Source: an uncultured Acetobacteraceae bacterium (GTDB lineage Bacteria > Pseudomonadota > Alphaproteobacteria > Acetobacterales > Acetobacteraceae). Taken from it: DNA of 64,000 nucleotides. The stretch lies in the NCBI GenBank assembly GCA_964427005.1, contig CAYRTL010000007.1, positions 23,202 through 87,201 on the forward strand, written 5' to 3'. Position numbers and translations under genes: made by a program. A model generated the notes under the pieces. That model was not told the DNA's origin and did no database searches. It saw only the letters and a list, made by a program, of their open reading frames with translations. Position 1 is the stretch's first letter, and every line of letters begins with the position of its first letter. Shown in pieces: positions 58,582 through 64,000 of the stretch.

Positions 58582-60261
58582 ATGACCATTTCGCCCCTCG
58601 CCGGCAAGCCGGCGCCCGCGGAGATGCTGGTCGATCTGGCCCGCCTCGAACGCGACTATTTCGAACGCAGGCCCGATCTCGACGACCACGAACAACGAGT
58701 CAGCTTCGGGACCAGCGGCCATCGCGGCTCATCGCTGCGCGGCTCCTTCAACGAAGCCCATATCATGGCCATTACCCAAGCCATCTGCGACTTCCGACTG
58801 GCGCACGGAATCAGTGGGCCGTTGTTCATGGGGCGGGATACGCACGCGCTCTCCGAGCCTGCCCAGCGCACAGCGCTCGAGGTTCTCGCCGGCAATCACG
58901 TGCACACCGTTATCCAGCAGAACGATGGGGTGACCCCGACGCCGGTCATCTCGCACGCAATCCTCGTCCACAATCGCGGGCGAAGCGAGCATCTCGCCGA
59001 CGGCATTGTCGTCACCCCTTCGCACAACCCGCCGGAGGATGGCGGGTTCAAGTACAATCCGACGCACGGAGGTCCGGCCGATGTCGACGTGACGCGGTGG
59101 ATCGAGAACCGAGCCAACGAATTGCTGCGCACTGCCAATGCCGGCGTGAAGCGGGTGGGTTTCGCCGCAGCCGTCAACGCCGACACGACGCAGCAGGAAG
59201 ACTTCCTCCTGCCCTACGTCAACGATCTACGCAACGTCGTCGATATGGAGGCGATCCGCGCCGCCCGCCTCAAGCTTGCCGTCGACCCTCTCGGCGGCGC
59301 CGCGGTGCATTATTGGGAACCGATCAACGCGATCTACAAGCTGGACATCGCCGTGACCAACCCGAAGGTTGACCCGACCTTTTCGTTCATGACCGTCGAT
59401 TACGACGGCAAGATCCGCATGGACTGCTCCAGCCCGTATGCGATGGCGCGGCTCGTCGAGCTCAAAAACCGCTACGACGTCGCCTTCGCCAACGACCCGG
59501 ATTCCGATCGGCACGGCATCGTCACACCGTCGTCAGGCCTGATGAACCCTAATCACTATCTGGCCGTGGCCATCCATTATCTGCTCACGCACCGTCCCGA
59601 GTGGCCCGCACGTGCCTTGGTTGGCAAGACGCTGGTTAGCAGCGGGATGATCGACAGGGTCGTGCAAAATCTCGGCCGCCGGCTTCAGGAGGTACCGGTG
59701 GGCTTCAAATGGTTTGTACCGGGACTCCTCAACGGCTCGTGCTGCTTCGGCGGCGAGGAGAGCGCCGGAGCGAGCTTCCTGCGACACGACGGCACAGTCT
59801 GGACGACTGACAAAGACGGCCCGATCATGGGTCTGCTGGCGGCCGAGATCACCGCCCGCACGGGGAAGGACCCGGGCGAGCATTACCGCAAGCTGACCGC
59901 ACAACTCGGAACTCCCCATTACACACGAATCGACGCGCCGGCGACGCCGGATCAGAAGGCCAGGTTGGCGAAGTTGTCCCCCGAAGACGTCAAGGAATCG
60001 CAGCTCGCGGGCGAGCCGATCATCGCCAAACTGTCACGCGCTCCGGCCAACGACGCTCCGATAGGTGGCATCAAGGTCGTGGCCGCGAGCGGTTGGTTTG
60101 CCGCCCGGCCGTCCGGCACGGAGAACCTGTACAAGATCTACGCAGAAAGTTTCATGGACCAATCGCACCTGGACGCCCTCGTCAGCGAAGCGCAGGCGAT
60201 AGTTAAAAATGCCCTGGAGATTCCCGAGGCAAGCCAGGCGCAAGATGGCGGAAAGCGATGA
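58582..60261 (+). CDS. pgm: Phosphoglucomutase (alpha-D-glucose phosphate-specific)
   Basis: 559 aa. The active-site phosphoserine loop [10 protein letters not shown], the metal loop [12 protein letters not shown], and GGEESAG. Confidence 0.95.
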   Translation: MTISPLAGKPAPAEMLVDLARLERDYFERRPDLDDHEQRVSFGTSGHRGSSLRGSFNEAHIMAITQAICDFRLAHGISGPLFMGRDTHALSEPAQRTALEVLAGNHVHTVIQQNDGVTPTPVISHAILVHNRGRSEHLADGIVVTPSHNPPEDGGFKYNPTHGGPADVDVTRWIENRANELLRTANAGVKRVGFAAAVNADTTQQEDFLLPYVNDLRNVVDMEAIRAARLKLAVDPLGGAAVHYWEPINAIYKLDIAVTNPKVDPTFSFMTVDYDGKIRMDCSSPYAMARLVELKNRYDVAFANDPDSDRHGIVTPSSGLMNPNHYLAVAIHYLLTHRPEWPARALVGKTLVSSGMIDRVVQNLGRRLQEVPVGFKWFVPGLLNGSCCFGGEESAGASFLRHDGTVWTTDKDGPIMGLLAAEITARTGKDPGEHYRKLTAQLGTPHYTRIDAPATPDQKARLAKLSPEDVKESQLAGEPIIAKLSRAPANDAPIGGIKVVAASGWFAARPSGTENLYKIYAESFMDQSHLDALVSEAQAIVKNALEIPEASQAQDGGKR

Positions 60262-61808
60262 TCGGGGGCAGCCAGCCTGCAGGTCCGTGCTTGTTCCCAG
60301 CGGAGTATCGCGCTTCGGGCCTGCTGTTGCATATCACCTCGTTGCCATCGCGCTATGGCATCGGTGATTTCGGCCCGGAAGCCGAGGCGTGGATCGATCG
60401 GCTTGCAGATTCCGGTCAAAGCTGGTGGCAGGCTCTGCCGCTTGGTCCAACGGGGTATTACAATTCGCCTTATTCACCACTGTCGTCCTTCGCCGCGAAC
60501 GAATTGCTGATCAGCCCGGCCCGCCTGATCGAGGACGGCCTGCTTCCGGCCGGTTCCGGCGAAGACCGGTTGTTTCCGGTGGCGGCTGTCGATTATGAGG
60601 CCGTCATTCCCTTCAAGCATCGTTTGGTTGAGCAAGCCTGGTGCAGCTTTTGTGCCGGCGTGCGGCCCGATCTGAAGCCTGACTACGAGCAGTTCTGCCA
60701 CGACCATCACAATTGGCTGGACGATTACGCATTGTTCCGCGCGTTGAGGGACCGTCACGATGGCGCGCATTATCTCGAGTGGCCGGAGGAATTGGTCGGG
60801 CGCGTTCCCGCAGCGATCGCGCAAGCTCGACAAGAGTTGCAAGGCCAGATTGATTCGGTTCGGTTTGCACAGTTCCTCCTTTTCCGCCAAGGAGAAGCCC
60901 TCAAGCGGCGCGCTCGCGCTAAGGGCGTGCGCCTGATCGGCGATCTGCCCTTCTTCGTTGCCGCCGACTCGAGCGATGTGTGGGCAAATCCAGATCTGTT
61001 TCTGCTGGATGATCGCCGTAGGCCGAAGGTTGTCGCTGGCGTCCCGCCGGACTATTTCGCCGCAGATGGCCAGTTGTGGGGCAACCCGGTGTATGACTGG
61101 GATGCTGTTCGCCGTACCGGTTATCGTTGGTGGATACAACGTGTGCGCACCCTGCTGGCGCATGTGGACGTGGTTCGCCTCGACCACTTTCGTGCGTTCG
61201 CAGCTGCGTGGCATGTGCCAGCGGACGCGGCGACCGCACGAGTTGGCGAATGGGTACCGGGGCCGGGCGAAGGCTTCTTTACCGCACTACAGAGCGAACT
61301 AGGCGCTCTACCTTTCATTGCCGAAGATTTGGGGCTGATCACGCCTGATGTGACTGCGCTGCGTGAGCAATTCGAATTGCCCGGACTCCGTGTCCTGCAA
61401 TTCGCCTTCGATGGTGATCCAGCCAATCCCCACCTACCTCAAAACTATGTGACAAACACAGTCGTGTATACAGGCACCCACGACAATCCCACGACGTGCG
61501 GCTGGTTCGAAGACCTGCCAGATCACCAGCGGCAGAATCTATGGAACTACGTGCGGCGCCGCGATGGCGGGAGCCGCGAGGCTGCATCCGCGCTGATGAG
61601 TTTGGCGTGGTCGTCCAACGCGGCGCTCGCGATGGCTCCGTTGCAGGACCTGCTTGCCTTGGGCAAGGAAGCGCGCATGAACGTGCCTGGCTTGGCCCAA
61701 GGCAATTGGCGATGGCGGTGCACGGAAGACTTGCTGAACTCATCCGCCTTCCGTTGGCTCAGTGACCTGACGAGATCCACAAGACGGTCGCACAACCAGC
61801 CGCTATGA
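60258..61808 (+). CDS. malQ: 4-alpha-glucanotransferase (amylomaltase)
   Basis: 516 aa, start overlaps the pgm stop. [34 protein letters not shown] and YTGTHDN are GH77 motifs. Confidence 0.93.
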   Translation: MIGGSQPAGPCLFPAEYRASGLLLHITSLPSRYGIGDFGPEAEAWIDRLADSGQSWWQALPLGPTGYYNSPYSPLSSFAANELLISPARLIEDGLLPAGSGEDRLFPVAAVDYEAVIPFKHRLVEQAWCSFCAGVRPDLKPDYEQFCHDHHNWLDDYALFRALRDRHDGAHYLEWPEELVGRVPAAIAQARQELQGQIDSVRFAQFLLFRQGEALKRRARAKGVRLIGDLPFFVAADSSDVWANPDLFLLDDRRRPKVVAGVPPDYFAADGQLWGNPVYDWDAVRRTGYRWWIQRVRTLLAHVDVVRLDHFRAFAAAWHVPADAATARVGEWVPGPGEGFFTALQSELGALPFIAEDLGLITPDVTALREQFELPGLRVLQFAFDGDPANPHLPQNYVTNTVVYTGTHDNPTTCGWFEDLPDHQRQNLWNYVRRRDGGSREAASALMSLAWSSNAALAMAPLQDLLALGKEARMNVPGLAQGNWRWRCTEDLLNSSAFRWLSDLTRSTRRSHNQPL

Positions 61809-63880
61809 ACTCTATCGAGACGACCGGTCGCAGCTCCCCAATTGGAGCGTCCGTGGGTTGCGGCGGCACCAACTTCAGCCTGTACTCCCGCTCCGCCATT
61901 GCTGTCGATTTGCTGTTCTTCGACAAGGCCGATGATAGCCGGCCCGCGCGCACGATCCGCATCGATCCCGCCACAAATCGCACCTACCACTATTGGCACG
62001 TATTTGTGCCGGATGTGCAGCCTGGGCAGATCTATGGCTACCGCGTGCACGGTCCTTTCGATCCCACCATGGGCATGCGATTTGATCCCTCCAAGGTTCT
62101 CCTCGACCCCTACGGCCGTGCCGTGGCGGTTCCGAGCGGCTACAGTCGCGATGCCGCATCTGGGACTGGCGACAACACCGCAACGGCCATGAAAAGCGTG
62201 GTCGTCAATTCAGGCGCGTACGATTGGGAAGGCGATAAACCGCTGAACACACCATCCTCGCGGACTATCATATACGAAATGCACGTGCGCGGATTCACGC
62301 GACATCCGAATTCGGGCGTGACCGAGTCGAAACTCGGCACGTTCGCCGGTTTGATCGAAAAGATCCCGTACCTGAAGGAGCTGGGCATCACCGCGGTCGA
62401 ACTGCTGCCGGTGTTCCAGTTCGATGCTCAGGACTGCCCTCCCGGACGGGTCAACTACTGGGGTTACTCGCCGGTCTCGTTCTTTGCGCCGCATCAGGCC
62501 TACAGCTCTCGTCCGGATCCGCTCAGTGCGGTGGACGAATTCCGCGACATGGTGAAGGCGCTGCATCGAGCGGGCATCGAGATCATCCTCGACGTCGTGT
62601 TCAACCACAGTGCGGAAGGTGACCACAGCGGGCCGACACTGAGCTTTCGCGGGCTGGACAACGACACCTACTATATTCTGCAAGATGACCGTTCACGGTA
62701 CGCCAACTACAGCGGTACCGGGAATACGCTGGATGCGAATCATCCAGTCGTTCGCCGCATGATTGTCGACAGCCTTCGATATTGGGTCGAGGAGATGCAT
62801 GTGGACGGTTTCCGGTTCGATCTCGCCGCGATTCTGTCGCGCGACGTATCGGGTCAGCCGATGCCAAACCCGCCGGTGCTGTGGGACATTGAATCTGATC
62901 CGCTCCTCGCGGGAACCAAGCTCTTCGCAGAAGCCTGGGACGCTGCTGGCCTGTATCAGGTCGGCAGCTTCATCGGGGACGCCTGGAAGGAGTGGAATGG
63001 ACAATTCCGTGACGACGTCCGCAGCTTTTTCCGTTGCGATGAGGGCACTGTCACGCGCATGGCCGATCGTTTGCTCGGCAGCCCCGATATCTATGGACAC
63101 AAGGAGCGAGAGCCAGAGCAAAGCATCAACTTCGTGACGTGTCACGACGGCTTCACTCTCAACGATCTGGTTTCATTCAACAGCAAACACAACGAGGCGA
63201 ATGGCGAGGGTAACCGAGACGGCTGGGACGATAATCGCAGCTGGAACTTCGGTATCGAGGGCCCAACGGACGATGCTATCGTGGAGAAGCTGCGCAACCG
63301 GCAAGTGAAGAATTTCCTGACCGTAACGATGCTGTCCGTCGGGATGCCCATGATTCTGATGGGCGATGAGGTACGACGCACGCAGAAGGGCAACAACAAT
63401 GCCTACTGCCAGGACAATGAGATCAGTTGGTTCGACTGGACGCTTGTCGCCACGCACTGGGACGTGCATCGCTTCGTGACGCTGCTCGCAACACGTCTCG
63501 AACTGAGCGACGTGGAGCACGAGCGCCTGCGTGTGCCGCTCAGTCAGCTGATCCGGGAGGCAAACAAGGAGTGGCACGGCGTCAAGCTTGGCCAGCCGGA
63601 CTGGCGCGCTTGCTCTCACAGCATTGCCATTACCGCTGAAGTCCCGAGATTGAAGCTGCTGGTTCATGTGATTCTGAATGCATATCGGGAGCCGCTGCAG
63701 TTCGAGCTCCCGTCGGTGCGCGGCGGAGCAGGCGGTCATTGGCTGCGATGGATCGACACCTCCCTCGAGCCGCCGAATGACATCGTTCCCTGGCAGACCG
63801 CGACTGCAGTGCCTGATGGCTCCTATCGTGCGGAGGCACGTTCCGTTGTGGTACTCGGCGCATGGTTGGGAGCCGGATAA
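61805..63880 (+). CDS. glgX: Glycogen debranching enzyme GlgX
   Basis: 691 aa, start overlaps the malQ stop. YWGYSPVSFFAP, ILDVVFNH, VDGFRFDLA, AEAWD and FVTCHDGFTLND. Confidence 0.95.
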   Translation: MNSIETTGRSSPIGASVGCGGTNFSLYSRSAIAVDLLFFDKADDSRPARTIRIDPATNRTYHYWHVFVPDVQPGQIYGYRVHGPFDPTMGMRFDPSKVLLDPYGRAVAVPSGYSRDAASGTGDNTATAMKSVVVNSGAYDWEGDKPLNTPSSRTIIYEMHVRGFTRHPNSGVTESKLGTFAGLIEKIPYLKELGITAVELLPVFQFDAQDCPPGRVNYWGYSPVSFFAPHQAYSSRPDPLSAVDEFRDMVKALHRAGIEIILDVVFNHSAEGDHSGPTLSFRGLDNDTYYILQDDRSRYANYSGTGNTLDANHPVVRRMIVDSLRYWVEEMHVDGFRFDLAAILSRDVSGQPMPNPPVLWDIESDPLLAGTKLFAEAWDAAGLYQVGSFIGDAWKEWNGQFRDDVRSFFRCDEGTVTRMADRLLGSPDIYGHKEREPEQSINFVTCHDGFTLNDLVSFNSKHNEANGEGNRDGWDDNRSWNFGIEGPTDDAIVEKLRNRQVKNFLTVTMLSVGMPMILMGDEVRRTQKGNNNAYCQDNEISWFDWTLVATHWDVHRFVTLLATRLELSDVEHERLRVPLSQLIREANKEWHGVKLGQPDWRACSHSIAITAEVPRLKLLVHVILNAYREPLQFELPSVRGGAGGHWLRWIDTSLEPPNDIVPWQTATAVPDGSYRAEARSVVVLGAWLGAG

Positions 63881-63921
63881 GAGGCACTTTTGCCCCTGAG
63901 TTGACCGTCGATGCGAGCGAG

Positions 63922-63935
63922 TTGACCTAAATCAA
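63922..63935. promoter_or_regulatory. FNR/FixK-type box TTGACCTAAATCAA
   Basis: TTGAC-N4-ATCAA, 41 nt after the glgX stop. Its target gene lies beyond the right window edge or on the minus strand. Confidence 0.5.
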
Positions 63936-64000
63936 TGAGCACGAACCCGATCGGGTAGAGAAAACCGCCCAGGACACACAGGCCTGCCCATAGGCTGAAA

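Overview
High-GC (spot counts about 65-68%) alphaproteobacterial chromosome segment. Gene content and order look Hyphomicrobiales-like (Bradyrhizobium/Afipia/Rhodopseudomonas type), but that is inference only, since no database search was possible. Positions 1-12.8 kb are core housekeeping on the minus strand: nuoG(partial)FEDCBA, tRNA-Asp, tRNA-Val, HU, lon, clpX, clpP, tig, tRNA-Leu. Positions 13-32 kb mix regulators and housekeeping genes: IclR, an 886-aa membrane-anchored repeat protein preceded by a two-domain CMD protein, accA, XRE, a TetR/MFS pair with twin palindromic operators, xerD, an aroK-aroB fusion, DUF2889, RHH, Lrp, bolA, a J-domain protein, cobS, cobT, hisI, and TetR plus an FAD monooxygenase. 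Positions 32.0-35.7 kb are a low-GC (about 45-50%) islet next to the 3' end of tRNA-Ala. It carries a TM/TPR-like protein, a trypsin-fold protease with no signal peptide, and a decayed HExxH gene, and part of it is bracketed by a 19-nt copy of the tRNA 3' end. Next come yggT, DUF167 and folD, then an mdtABC-like RND operon ending in an unusual STAS-DUF1674 fusion gene, then VOC, MFS, a BKACE/Zn-ADH pair and tRNA-Arg(CCT). The right 14 kb is, in my view, the most interesting part. It is a co-directional, catabolism-only glycogen cluster (secreted amylase, glgP, pgm, malQ, glgX) joined to phosphoketolase, a class I aldolase and a histidine phosphatase, and it is punctuated by three TTGAY-N4-ATCAA (FNR/FixK-type) boxes. 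No CRISPR array, integrase, transposase or rRNA was recognised. Start codons are best guesses from RBS and homolog N-termini, and all family calls come from motif recognition by eye.
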